Shown: piece after piece, positions 35,825 through 45,198 of the stretch
Layout: each line of letters starts with the position of its first letter
How positions within the stretch are numbered: the first letter of the stretch is position 1
Source of the DNA: an uncultured Beijerinckiaceae bacterium
GTDB lineage: Bacteria > Pseudomonadota > Alphaproteobacteria > Rhizobiales > Beijerinckiaceae
Reading direction: 5' to 3'
Assembly (NCBI GenBank): GCA_964235705.1
Contig: CAXSDP010000014.1
Location: 2,605-66,604 of the forward strand
Length of the DNA: 64,000 nucleotides
Notes under the pieces: model-generated
The model's input: only the letters and a program-made list of their open reading frames with translations
Told to the model about the DNA's origin: nothing
The model's database searches: none
Translations under genes and position numbers: made by a program

Positions 35825-36886
35825 TCAACCTCCGATGAGCTGGGCGAGGATGATCTGCGACGGTCCGCCCTGGCCGCCATTGAGGATATTGGTGATGGGA
35901 TTGCAGCCGGTACCGCCTTGGCCTGGCGCCACGCCGTTGATCACGTTGCCCGTCGTCGTGTTCGTCCCGCAGCCGAACGAACCTCCGCCCGGACCGGGGA
36001 AGTAGAGGCCTTCGGACAAGCCCGCCTGCCCAGGCTGCCCGGCGATATGGACCTGGCCACCCGTGCCGCCGGTCCCGCCGGCGCCCCCGGTATTCGCGCC
36101 AGAAGCGCCGCCGCGCTGTCCACCGTTCGCGGAGACCAGTGTGCCGTAGTTGACCAAGGTCACGGACGAGGCGCCGCCATCGTTGCCGGGCGATCCCATC
36201 CCGCCGAGGAGCAGCGCCAGCGAGGAGCCCTTCGGACACTGATAGGAACCCAGCGCGAACTCGCCGCCGCCGCCGCCGCCGGCCGCGCCGCTACCGCACT
36301 GGCCTCCGGCGCCGGCGCCCCAGAGCGCGGCCGTGAAGGCTTGGCAGTTGGGGTCGAGCGCGACCGTCTGCGATGCGGTGTAGACCTGCAGGGCGATGTA
36401 GGCGCCGAGATTGGCGATGCCGGATGCCTGCTTGGCGAGCACCGCCGCCGCGAAGGTCGCGAAGCTCGTCTGGTAGTGGTGCCCGGCTGGCTGGTCCTCG
36501 GCGGCGGACTGGTAGAAGCCCACGAGGTCGCCGTCGGCGATGGTGTTCTCGGCGGTGAGCCCGGGCAGGTTCCAGTCGAAGTTGTTGCCGGCGTCGAGGC
36601 GCAGGCCTTCGCCTGGGCCGTAGGTGATCGACGCCACTGGTGCCGCCGGCTTGGGCGCGTACAGCGGGATCAGGATCTTGATGGCTTGAAGCAGCTGCGT
36701 CAGGTCGCCCGCCGGCACCAGGTCGGCTCCGGTAATGACGTTGATGATCTCGTCCATCGGATCGGTGCAGAGCGCGAAGGGAGGGAACGACCCCTCGGCG
36801 CCGGTCGCGGGATTGCCGTTGATCCACGGCAGCTGTGACGGGTCCTCGAGACCCGTCGCCGGGTTCAATGGGTAGTGCTGCTGCAT
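35825..36886 (-). CDS. Baseplate-anchored tail fibre with Gly-rich C-terminal domain
   Basis: PWINGNPATGAEGS...MDEIINVI...DLTQLLQAI anchor domain; WGAGAGG...GGGGGE. Confidence 0.82.
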   Translation of the reverse strand: MQQHYPLNPATGLEDPSQLPWINGNPATGAEGSFPPFALCTDPMDEIINVITGADLVPAGDLTQLLQAIKILIPLYAPKPAAPVASITYGPGEGLRLDAGNNFDWNLPGLTAENTIADGDLVGFYQSAAEDQPAGHHYQTSFATFAAAVLAKQASGIANLGAYIALQVYTASQTVALDPNCQAFTAALWGAGAGGQCGSGAAGGGGGGEFALGSYQCPKGSSLALLLGGMGSPGNDGGASSVTLVNYGTLVSANGGQRGGASGANTGGAGGTGGTGGQVHIAGQPGQAGLSEGLYFPGPGGGSFGCGTNTTTGNVINGVAPGQGGTGCNPITNILNGGQGGPSQIILAQLIGG

Positions 36887-36899
36887 GGAGGAGCCTTCG

Positions 36900-37571
36900 T
36901 CAGTAGGCGAAGAAGAAGTCGAAGACCGCGCCATAGACCTGGTAGTCGAACAGCACGGTGGTGTGCGCCGGCTTCCAGCGCTGGAACACGCACTCGAGAT
37001 CCTCGGCGTGGACGATCTCGCAGAAGGAGTCGCGCCCGAAGCTCGATCGGCCGAACTGGAAGCGGGTCGCTCGCGGACCGGCGACGCGGACCTTCCAGAA
37101 GAAACGGGTCGAGGGCGGCTGGAGCTGCCCACGCGCGCCGCCGAACGAGGACAGCCCGAATTGAAAGGTCGAGTACTCGCGGATGGCGATCTGGTAGCCG
37201 AGCGCGGCCGCGACGCCGACGAAGAACTCGCGGCTCTGGCCGCCCTGCGTGGTCAGCTTGTTGACCAGCGCCGCCTGCCGCTCCGGCAGCGTCAGCAGTT
37301 GCGGCACGCACGGGTCCGGCAGGCCGAGCGCGGCCTCCCAGTCCGGCAGCAGGCCGACCGTCTTGCTGGGGTCGCTCTCGATGAGCAGGAGCAGGGCGGC
37401 GGCGGCCGCGACATCGCCCCAGATCTGCGCGCAGCCCTCGACCCACCTCATCAGGTCGCCGTCGGGATCGCGCGACCAGGCCGTGCCGGTGGGTAGCTCG
37501 CCAGCGAGCGCCTGCGCGTATTCAGCGGCGGTGCGTTGGACCCAGGTGTCGGGTGTGAACTCGGCCACCAC
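36900..37571 (-). CDS. Mu gp48-like baseplate wedge protein (DUF2313/YmfQ)
   Basis: LPTGTAW; LLPDWEAALGLPD; GGQSREFF; WKPAHT. Confidence 0.9.
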   Translation of the reverse strand: MVAEFTPDTWVQRTAAEYAQALAGELPTGTAWSRDPDGDLMRWVEGCAQIWGDVAAAAALLLLIESDPSKTVGLLPDWEAALGLPDPCVPQLLTLPERQAALVNKLTTQGGQSREFFVGVAAALGYQIAIREYSTFQFGLSSFGGARGQLQPPSTRFFWKVRVAGPRATRFQFGRSSFGRDSFCEIVHAEDLECVFQRWKPAHTTVLFDYQVYGAVFDFFFAY

Positions 37572-37574
37572 GCG

Positions 37575-38702
37575 TCAGCCGTAGAAGATCGAGCCGATGA
37601 CGGCCATGCTGCCCATGTTCGGCATCACGGCGTCCGCCATCGCCAGGTCGAAGCGCTTCACACCCTGGGCGGACAGGATCGCATCGTTGACCCAGGCGGA
37701 GTAGATCGTCTGCGCGGGCTGCGGCTGGCCGTTGACCGCCCGCGCCGGCCGGGCGCGCTGGGCGATGACGGCAGCGACGCTGGTGCCGATCGCCGCCTTG
37801 GCCGCGGCGGTGTTGTTGTAGAGGTTGGTGATGGTGCAGCTGACCGGCTGGGGGATCGGCGCGCAGACGAAGAAGTCGAGAACGGTCACCGGTCGCTTGG
37901 TGTCGACGTAGGCCTTGACCGCGGCGAGGTCGGCGGCGAGCGGGAAGCCGTCGGTCATCGGGTTCGCCGTGCCGCGCAGCTTGTCCATCATGATGCGCAG
38001 GGTGGCAGTGCCGGGCCCCATCTCCTGCGGCGACAGCCAGGCGCGGGTGACGCCCGGGCAGGCCAGCGCCCAGCCCACGTAGTCGTCGGCGGCGCCGCCC
38101 ATCGGCGGGTTCTGGAGGCGGAACAGCACGCGGACGCGCAGCTCGGGGTCGGTCTCGGCGTCGGCGCCGCCAGCGAGCGCCACTACCGTCGCGCTCGACA
38201 CGTTGATGCCGGGCACCGACACGGCCAGCGAGAGAACGGTGCCGGCAGCGAGGTTGGCGGCGGCACCGGCATTCAGCGCGCGGACCGGCACCGACGTCGG
38301 GGTGAGATTGATGGCGGTCGCGGCCGTCGATTGGAACGTCAGCGTTTGACCGCCGAGCGAAGCGGTCAGGAACGAGCCGGCCGGCAGCACCGAGCCGACG
38401 ACGGTCGCGATCAGGGTGACGGTGCCGCTGGCGTAGGTCGCGACCTTGCGGCCTTTGCTGCCGTCGGCGTTGACCAGGTAGAGGTTGGCCCACTTCTCCA
38501 AGAACTGTTGCTCGGCCGTGTCGGGCAGCAGCTGCAGGGCGAGCCAGTCGAGATACTGGAGGTTCAAGTGCGCGTTGCCGGCGTTCGCGTCGGCGAGCAC
38601 GCGCGGCACGTCGTTGGGGATCAGCGGCACGCCGAGGCGCCCGGTAATGTAGTCGCGGTTGGTCGCGCGGACCGTGGCGAGCGTCGGGGTCGACCAGGGC
38701 AT
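37575..38702 (-). CDS. Baseplate J-like protein (Mu gp47)
   Basis: LPDTAE; GGADAETDPELRVR; PPMGGAADDYVGWALACPGVTRAW. Confidence 0.92.
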   Translation of the reverse strand: MPWSTPTLATVRATNRDYITGRLGVPLIPNDVPRVLADANAGNAHLNLQYLDWLALQLLPDTAEQQFLEKWANLYLVNADGSKGRKVATYASGTVTLIATVVGSVLPAGSFLTASLGGQTLTFQSTAATAINLTPTSVPVRALNAGAAANLAAGTVLSLAVSVPGINVSSATVVALAGGADAETDPELRVRVLFRLQNPPMGGAADDYVGWALACPGVTRAWLSPQEMGPGTATLRIMMDKLRGTANPMTDGFPLAADLAAVKAYVDTKRPVTVLDFFVCAPIPQPVSCTITNLYNNTAAAKAAIGTSVAAVIAQRARPARAVNGQPQPAQTIYSAWVNDAILSAQGVKRFDLAMADAVMPNMGSMAVIGSIFYG

Positions 38703-38705
38703 GCG

Positions 38706-39215
38706 TCAGCCTCCGTAGGTCGACCAGAGGTCCTGGTAGGCGAGCGCGATCGCCGACTTGGGGCCACGATAGAGCGTGATCGTGCCGCCGATCCCGTAGG
38801 GTCCGGCCGGGCCGACCAGCGTCGTCAAGGCGATGTCGAAGCTCGTGCAGAACTTCGCGTCGACGAACGGCTGCAGGCACTCGGCGATGTAAGCCTGCGT
38901 CTGAGCGATCGTGGAGCCCTGCCGGGCGTTCTGGTCGGTGAGCTTCGCCCGGGTGAGCAGCCACAGCCGCACGCCGATCGGCCAGCCGCCCCAGATCGCC
39001 TGCGCGTCGAGGTCGGCCCACCAGCCGCGCCGATCGACGTCGCCGGGGTTCGGGAGGGTGTCGTCGTCGAGCGCGCGCCGGTCCGTGTTGAGCGCCACCA
39101 GGACCGCGCGGGCGAGCGCGACGTCGGCGTCCGAGCCAGCGACCGGGTCGAACACGCACTGGATGGTGATGTCGACCTGCGGGCCGCTCTGCTGGATCAG
39201 GCGGATGGAGGCCAT
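38706..39215 (-). CDS. Mu gp46-like baseplate protein
   Basis: AVLVALNTDRRA...RRGWWAD...GVRLWLLTRAK. Confidence 0.9.
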   Translation of the reverse strand: MASIRLIQQSGPQVDITIQCVFDPVAGSDADVALARAVLVALNTDRRALDDDTLPNPGDVDRRGWWADLDAQAIWGGWPIGVRLWLLTRAKLTDQNARQGSTIAQTQAYIAECLQPFVDAKFCTSFDIALTTLVGPAGPYGIGGTITLYRGPKSAIALAYQDLWSTYGG

Positions 39216-39232
39216 GCTTCCTCGACGCCGGG

Positions 39233-39793
39233 CTACTTGGACGCGAAGACGAGCGAAGACGGGCCGGCCTTCAGCATCACCGGGATGGAGGCGTTCGCGT
39301 CGCCGAGGCAGATCTTGCCGTCGGTGACGATGACGGTGGTGCCGCCGACCGTGGCCGTGATCTTCCCGTCGGCGATCGTCAGGGTGGCGGTGCCGACCGG
39401 AACCGTGAACGGCAGCTTCTTCGAGCCGGCGACGTAGCCGAGGCCGGCCGCCGTCAGCTTCAGCATGTGGCCGATGCTGTTCCAGATGCCGCTGTCGCCC
39501 GCGTTCCAGCCGGTCGGCGTGGTACGCCGGTCGATGTGGCCGAGGATCACCGGGTGCGAGCGGTTGCCGTTGATGAAACCGACGACGACCTCGGCGGCCT
39601 TGTCGCCGGGCGGTAGCGGCACCGACTTGAAGCCGTAGGGCTGGGCGAAGTTCTCGACGCCGGTGATCAGCTCGTTGTCGTAGCCGCGGAAGTCGATCGT
39701 CTGCAGCTTTGGCGTGTCGCTGACCATGTGGATGGTGCCGCGCGCCAGGTTGAGGCCGGCGCGGCGGAGCGCGTCCCCTGCACTGCCCCGCAT
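39233..39793 (-). CDS. Baseplate spike (Mu gp45-like)
   Basis: VENFAQPYGFKSVP...GNRSHPV. Confidence 0.85.
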   Translation of the reverse strand: MRGSAGDALRRAGLNLARGTIHMVSDTPKLQTIDFRGYDNELITGVENFAQPYGFKSVPLPPGDKAAEVVVGFINGNRSHPVILGHIDRRTTPTGWNAGDSGIWNSIGHMLKLTAAGLGYVAGSKKLPFTVPVGTATLTIADGKITATVGGTTVIVTDGKICLGDANASIPVMLKAGPSSLVFASK

Positions 39794-39803
39794 GCGCGAC
39801 CCC

Positions 39804-40970
39804 TTACGTGCTGAGCTTGTAGTCCGGCTGGTCCGGCGTGGCGGTCGTCGAGATCGACGATCCGGCGCTGCCGGCGCCGCTCGTGTCCGAGAGACCCGAC
39901 GTGAGCCCCTGCGTCAGCCCATCGGGCCGCTTGAGGTCCAGGGTCGTCGTCGTGCCGTTGCGGCTGTCCTGGCCATAGTTGACGGCCTGGATGCTCATCG
40001 TGATCGGCGCCGTCTGGTTCGGGAAGATCATGGGACTGAAGACGGTCACCATGCCGCTCCCGTCCGGCGCCGGCGCCCAGAGCTTCCCGTCGGGCCGGTA
40101 CCAGCCGACGACGGTGATCGACACCTGCATGATCGGCCACAGCGAGCGCATCGCCTCGTGGGCGACGCGCGTCGCCAAACCCTGGGCATCCTCCGGGTGT
40201 TCGGCGATGAACAGCCTGGTGATGTTGGATCGGACGTCCGCGTTGGTCGACGTCGCCGAGAAGGCGCGCGGTGGATAGTTGTTGTCGTCGCCGGTCGTCG
40301 ACGAAACGCCGCTCAGCTTGTTCCAGGAACAGGCCGCCGGGTCCTCCAGCTTAAAGGTCGCGCGCTTGATGTTCTGACCCTCGACGAGGTCAGCCGCCAC
40401 CGTCGCGTTCGGACTGCCCAGGCCGGCGACCAGGTTGCCGTCCGCATCGTCGGTGAGGAACAGGCCTCGGCTCATCGCGATGCGCGAGACGAACTCGGCG
40501 ACCATTTCCCCATACTGGACGGACAGGGTCTTGAACGGCTGGAGCGCGCTCTGCGGCGCGTTCATCATCGTCAGGCCGATGCCGTGCGGCTGCAGCACCG
40601 CCTGGGCCGCCTGCTGGAACGTGCTGCCGTTGTAGTTGCCCGGCTTGACCACCACGCTCGAGCGGACGAGGTCGATCGTCTTGGACTGCCCGGCGATGAC
40701 GAGCTGGTGGCTGCTGGCGTCGTAGCCGCCGGTCCGCACCGTGCACCAGCCGGTAAAGGCTTTCTGCGTGCCGAGCGCGATGGTGACGGGATCGCCTGGC
40801 TGCAGCTGCAAGCCGCTATAGCGCTGGCCGTAGTAGCCCTCGGCCGGCGTGAACTGGAAGGTGGAGACGCCGTTGCCGAACTCGCGCCGCACCATCACGC
40901 TTTCCCAGGCGGTGATGCGCTGGTTGTTGGCGGTGATCGTCGCGACGAAGTTCGGGTCCAGGGTGGACAT
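39804..40970 (-). CDS. Baseplate hub (Mu gp44/P-like)
   Basis: ITAWESVMVRR; LQPGDPVTI; SKTIDLVRSS; GQNIK. Confidence 0.85.
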   Translation of the reverse strand: MSTLDPNFVATITANNQRITAWESVMVRREFGNGVSTFQFTPAEGYYGQRYSGLQLQPGDPVTIALGTQKAFTGWCTVRTGGYDASSHQLVIAGQSKTIDLVRSSVVVKPGNYNGSTFQQAAQAVLQPHGIGLTMMNAPQSALQPFKTLSVQYGEMVAEFVSRIAMSRGLFLTDDADGNLVAGLGSPNATVAADLVEGQNIKRATFKLEDPAACSWNKLSGVSSTTGDDNNYPPRAFSATSTNADVRSNITRLFIAEHPEDAQGLATRVAHEAMRSLWPIMQVSITVVGWYRPDGKLWAPAPDGSGMVTVFSPMIFPNQTAPITMSIQAVNYGQDSRNGTTTTLDLKRPDGLTQGLTSGLSDTSGAGSAGSSISTTATPDQPDYKLST

Positions 40971-40988
40971 GCCGCCGACCCCCGAACG

Positions 40989-41062
40989 CAAGAAAGCCCG
41001 GTCACCTCACGGCTCCGGGCTCGAAAACGAAAGACCAGCCGCACGCTCGCGCACGACTGGTC
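40989..41062 (-). terminator. Two tandem terminator-like hairpins between tape measure and hub genes
   Basis: GACCAG/CTGGTC stem + TTTCGTTTT; AGCCCGG/CCGGGCT stem + TTCTT on the minus strand. Confidence 0.55.
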
Positions 41063-41127
41063 AATGCAGGTTTGATATGCGATCCCGGCTCCCGGTGCAA
41101 GCCGCTATCGCTTCGTCGATCGTTCGC

Positions 41128-43443
41128 TCAGGTGTCGAAGCTCGGCTCGGTCATGGTCGGCCAGGTACGGAGCTTCACCTCCATCGGCCCCTCGCCGCGA
41201 TGCGTTGTGCTCCGGACGTTGCCGCCTCGATCGTGCAGGTGGATGTCCACTTGAGCCCTGCTGTCGCGACCGCCCGCGCCACCGTGCCCGCCATCCGCCA
41301 AGCCCGTCGCTCGACGATTCATCGGGTTGTTGGCGCCACCGAGGAAGCCGCCGTTCGCGCCGAGGACGGCGTGGTAGTTGGAGGCATTGCGCTCGCCCCA
41401 GCCCTGCCCGAACATGTAGGCGCGCGAGTGGACGCCGTGCGAGCCCTTGTACTGCTCGGCCATGTTCATGCCGACGATCTTGCCGGCGGCATCCTTGATG
41501 TAGGACTGGAACACACCGGCATGGTCGAGGTGGGCGCCCATCGTCCCGAGCCCGCCGCCGGCGTAGCGCCCGGACTGCCGGCCGAAGTGGTCGAGGAACG
41601 TCGCGACCGGCGTGCCGGGCTTCAACGTGCCCTCGAGCGCGCCGACGCCGCGGCGCCACTCCCGCACCGAGCCCGACGCCCCGACCGCCGCCTTAGCGAG
41701 CGCCACGCACTGCTCGTTGAGAACGTGGAGGCTGCGGAGCTGGCCGAGGCCGAAGACGCTGCCACCCGGAGCACTCGCCTCGCCGGCCTGCGAGTTGGGC
41801 ACGTAGCCCGACTCGCCCCAACGCGGATCCGCGTCGCGCGGTCCATGGAAGCCAGCCCATGCGCCGAGGCTGCCCCCGCGCTTCAGGTATTGCGCCACCC
41901 ACCGCGCCTGCGCGGCGATCGTCGCGGGATCGCGGAGGTCGAGCCCGGTGTCGTGCTCGAACGTGACGCCGAGGCCGCGCCGGCGATTGAGCTGGAACGG
42001 ACCCCAGGACGACTCGAGCGCGTCGTCCTTCTTGTCGTAGCTGCTGCGATGGAGGGACTCGCCGGCGCGAATGCCTTCCATGATGCGGGGATCGACGCCA
42101 GCGCGCTGGGCCTCGTCCTCGATCAGGCGGGTGAGGCTGCCGGCCTTGCTCCCGAGTGGCACGGCGCCGTCGAAGCCGCCCCCTGCCCCGCCGCCGCCTC
42201 GACCGCCACCCCCAGCGCCGCCGCTAGGCTCATAGCTGGCGTTCGTGAAGCCGGGAGCGCCGCCGGACTTGCCCAGGTCCTGCGTCGCCGTCAGCTCGCG
42301 CATGGCGGCGATGAAGCCGATCTTGGTGCCGTCGGCGATGATGCCGACGAAGACCGAGGCGGACGCGCTCGCCGGCGCTTCGGCGACGAAGCTCGCGGGG
42401 TGGAGCAGGCCGCCTGAGCCGTCGAAGGAGCTCTTGTGGAGGAGCGGGTTCGGCTTCTTGTCCTTCGTGACCTCGCTGAACCAGTCCCACGCCTTGCCGA
42501 GCGACTTGCCGGCGTCATTCGTGGCGTCGCCCAGGGCTTGCCCCCAGGTCCGGTGATCCTGGTGGTCCGGCGTCTTGTCCGCGCCCTTTTCGTTGCCGCC
42601 CTTGCCCAGGACGTCGACGAAGTCCTTGGCGTCCTTTAGCAGATCGGTCATCTGCTTGAGGAACGCGGGCCCGGCACCGGTCTCGAAGTTGGTCAGCGCG
42701 GTGTTGAAGTCGATCGTGGCGTCACGGTACGCCTGGGCCTGCTTCAGCAGGTCGTCGGTGATCGGGCCGAGGCTGGCTTGCTGCTTCTTCAACTCGTCGA
42801 GGAAGCCGGTGGCGCCCCTCGCGAATAGGGCCTCGAGCTGATCGCCGCTGCCGAAGAAGGCGCCGAGGATCTGCTTCTGCAACTGCGGCTCGTTCTGCAG
42901 CTTCTTCTGACCGAGGAACTTGAAGATGTCCCCGAGCTGGTCCTCGGTCCCCTCACCCTGCAGCTTCCTGATCAGGTCGGGCCAGCGCGACAGCTGCTGG
43001 TAGAGAGCCCCGGTGTTGCGCTGGAACTCCGGCATCTGGCTGGAAAGATGGTTCAGCGCGCCTTGCATGACGTCGGTGCCGACGCCGAAGCTCTGCCCGG
43101 CGCGGGCGAACGCGTTGACCTGGTCGGTGGTCAGACCTGTCTGCCGACCAAGCTCCTTCATCGCCAGCGTGCGCTCGCCCAGTTCCTTGAACTGGGTGAT
43201 CAGCGTTGCCACCGAGGCCGCCGCGGTCAGGCCGCCGATGCCCATGGCGCTGATGACGCCGGCGGCATCGCCGCCGCTCTTCACGAAGCCCTTGGCGCCC
43301 TCCTCGAACTGCCCGAACCACTTGGTGGCCTCCGCCATGCCCGGCGTCTGGCGGATCGTGTCGAGCTCCTTCTTCAGCTTGCGGACCACCGGCGAGGCGT
43401 TGTCCTTCATGTCCGCTTCGAGGCGGAGCTTCTCCGTGCTCAT
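41128..43443 (-). CDS. Tape measure protein with lysozyme-like and Cys/His amidase-like C-terminal domains
   Basis: Helical N-terminus after the chaperone genes; GES...SWGPFQL; QCVALAK...WRRG...PGTPVATF...HAGVF...EQY. Confidence 0.82.
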   Translation of the reverse strand: MSTEKLRLEADMKDNASPVVRKLKKELDTIRQTPGMAEATKWFGQFEEGAKGFVKSGGDAAGVISAMGIGGLTAAASVATLITQFKELGERTLAMKELGRQTGLTTDQVNAFARAGQSFGVGTDVMQGALNHLSSQMPEFQRNTGALYQQLSRWPDLIRKLQGEGTEDQLGDIFKFLGQKKLQNEPQLQKQILGAFFGSGDQLEALFARGATGFLDELKKQQASLGPITDDLLKQAQAYRDATIDFNTALTNFETGAGPAFLKQMTDLLKDAKDFVDVLGKGGNEKGADKTPDHQDHRTWGQALGDATNDAGKSLGKAWDWFSEVTKDKKPNPLLHKSSFDGSGGLLHPASFVAEAPASASASVFVGIIADGTKIGFIAAMRELTATQDLGKSGGAPGFTNASYEPSGGAGGGGRGGGGAGGGFDGAVPLGSKAGSLTRLIEDEAQRAGVDPRIMEGIRAGESLHRSSYDKKDDALESSWGPFQLNRRRGLGVTFEHDTGLDLRDPATIAAQARWVAQYLKRGGSLGAWAGFHGPRDADPRWGESGYVPNSQAGEASAPGGSVFGLGQLRSLHVLNEQCVALAKAAVGASGSVREWRRGVGALEGTLKPGTPVATFLDHFGRQSGRYAGGGLGTMGAHLDHAGVFQSYIKDAAGKIVGMNMAEQYKGSHGVHSRAYMFGQGWGERNASNYHAVLGANGGFLGGANNPMNRRATGLADGGHGGAGGRDSRAQVDIHLHDRGGNVRSTTHRGEGPMEVKLRTWPTMTEPSFDT

Positions 43444-43445
43444 GG

Positions 43446-44054
43446 CTACCTCGCCCTACGGGTCTGCATCGCGCGGCGGATCGCGATCGGGAACTGCCGG
43501 CGCACCTCGCCACGCATGGCGCGCTCGAAGTCCTCGCGGAACGGCACGTCCGGCTTGATCTGCGCGGTCGGCGTGAAGGCGTAGCGCATGTGCAGGCGCC
43601 CGCCGGCGCCCACGAAGATGCCGCGCTTGGTGACGCGGAGCGCCCGCTTGGGCGTCGCGTCGATGATGGCGCGCGGACGCTCGCCCTTGGGCACGCCGCG
43701 CGCGCCCCGCCGCACGGTGCCAGAGAGGGGGACCGCGAGGCGCCGCCCGATCGGCTTCTTCACGCCACCGTCGGCGTGCGCCTTGAGGTTGAGCCGGACG
43801 GCGGAGGGCCCGGTGTCGGTGATCGCGACGCGCAGGGTCTTCCGCTTCGCCTTCTCGACCCGCAGCGCCTGGCGCAGCGCGTTGCGATTGCGGACCTCGA
43901 CGTGCTCGGGCCAGGTGTCGGAGATGAGGACCTCGCGGACCTTGAAGGCCGCGCTCGACAAGGCGTTCGCCATGGCGAAGGGCACCTGGTCGGCGAAAGC
44001 GTCGAGGCTGCGCGCCACGCGCTCGAAGTCGCGGAGGTTGAACTTCAGGCTCAC
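43446..44054 (-). CDS. Tail completion / minor tail protein (lambda Z-like)
   Basis: DQVPFAMANALS; basic C-terminus. Confidence 0.65.
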   Translation of the reverse strand: MSLKFNLRDFERVARSLDAFADQVPFAMANALSSAAFKVREVLISDTWPEHVEVRNRNALRQALRVEKAKRKTLRVAITDTGPSAVRLNLKAHADGGVKKPIGRRLAVPLSGTVRRGARGVPKGERPRAIIDATPKRALRVTKRGIFVGAGGRLHMRYAFTPTAQIKPDVPFREDFERAMRGEVRRQFPIAIRRAMQTRRAR

Positions 44055-44218
44055 AGCGCGTCCAGCCTGTCCTCGGCCTGGTCGCGGACCGTGTCGTCCC
44101 AGAGCCGCCAGATCTGCTCGGTCGGCAGGTCGAGGAACTCTAGAGGGGAGCGTCCGTAGTGTTTGGCGAGCTTCCGGGCTGCTCGCGCGGCTTCATCGAC
44201 AGCCCCGGGATAAAAAAA
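44051..44218 (-). CDS. -1 frameshift extension of the tail assembly chaperone (GT-like)
   Basis: T TTT TTT slippery site at 44218-44212 opens FFYPGAVDEAAR...YGRSPLEFLDLP. Confidence 0.8.
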   Translation of the reverse strand, partial: FFYPGAVDEAARAARKLAKHYGRSPLEFLDLPTEQIWRLWDDTVRDQAEDRLDAL

Positions 44219-44502
44219 CCGGCGAACCCCCAGAAGCAGGACACCGCGTCGTTGGTCGTCATGTGCTCGAGCGACCCGTCGACCGGGATGCCGGACAGGC
44301 GACTCAGCATGGTGAACGCCTTGCCGTCGTCGAACTCGATCGAGTTGTCGCGCATGTCGTAGCGGACCGGGTTGCCGACGCGGAAGATGTCGCCGGCGGT
44401 CGGCGCGCGGATCGCGACGGTCTTGATCGGCACGCCGAGGTATTGGATCGGCCGCTGCAGGTCCAAGGTGAAGACGGGGTTCTCGACGGGCTTGAAGGTC
44501 AT
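44140..44502 (-). CDS. Tail assembly chaperone (Mu gp41-like)
   Basis: LQRPIQY...IRAPTAGDI...LSRLSGIP; position upstream of the tape measure. Confidence 0.85.
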   Translation of the reverse strand: MTFKPVENPVFTLDLQRPIQYLGVPIKTVAIRAPTAGDIFRVGNPVRYDMRDNSIEFDDGKAFTMLSRLSGIPVDGSLEHMTTNDAVSCFWGFAGFFIPGLSMKPREQPGSSPNTTDAPL

Positions 44503-44516
44503 GGTGCGACTCGCGG

Positions 44517-45188
44517 TCAGGAGGACAGCGCCCGGCCGACGGGCGGGCAGAAGGCGGGGGCGATGATCTTGTTCTCCGCGCGAAGCTCGTCGCAGCGGCT
44601 GGCATCACCGTAGAGACGCTGCGCCAGCGCGTGCGAGGTCATCACGCGGGCGAAGCGGTACGTGACGAGGTTGGGCAGCGGCCTGGCGCGCGTCGTGAGA
44701 TCGCGCACGGCGGCGGCGTGCGCGCCGATCAGCGCCTGGTAGACCGCTGGCGCGTGGTTGTCGGCGGCGTACTCCTCCGCCTGGTCGAAGGCGCCGTTCA
44801 ACGTCGCCAGCGCCGCGTCGACGTCCTGCCGGCTCGTGAAGGTGGTCGCCGCCAGCACCCCGACTTCGGCGGCGAGCGCCAGCTGGATCCCGGCGTTGGT
44901 CAGCGCGACCGCCGAGAGCGTCACCGGCGTCTCGGCGATCATGGCGAGGCGGACCAGCTCGAGATTGGCGATCGTGGCGCCGGCGGCAACCGCCAGGCCG
45001 AAGGCGTTGCCCAGCGGCGCGCCGAGCGCCCCGGCGCGGATGGCGTCGTCGGCGTTCGCCCGCAGATCGCCGATGGCATAGTACAGGTCGGCCGCCGGCG
45101 TGCCCGTCGCGCCGGCGAGCGTGCCCGACAGGGCGGTCAGCAGCGCGCCGAGGATCGCGGTGGTCTCGTCGAGTTCGGCCAGGGTCAT
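44517..45188 (-). CDS. C-terminal-like half of Mu DNA circularisation protein
   Basis: ALAQRLYGDASRCDELRAENKIIAPAFCP. Confidence 0.8.
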   Translation of the reverse strand: MTLAELDETTAILGALLTALSGTLAGATGTPAADLYYAIGDLRANADDAIRAGALGAPLGNAFGLAVAAGATIANLELVRLAMIAETPVTLSAVALTNAGIQLALAAEVGVLAATTFTSRQDVDAALATLNGAFDQAEEYAADNHAPAVYQALIGAHAAAVRDLTTRARPLPNLVTYRFARVMTSHALAQRLYGDASRCDELRAENKIIAPAFCPPVGRALSS

Positions 45189-45198
45189 GGCGCCGGCC

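Noticed and set aside
34976-41075. Long + strand ORFs (34976-36838, 37536-39437, 39714-41075) and Arg-rich off-frame ORFs
   Set aside because: Shadows of baseplate and fibre genes.
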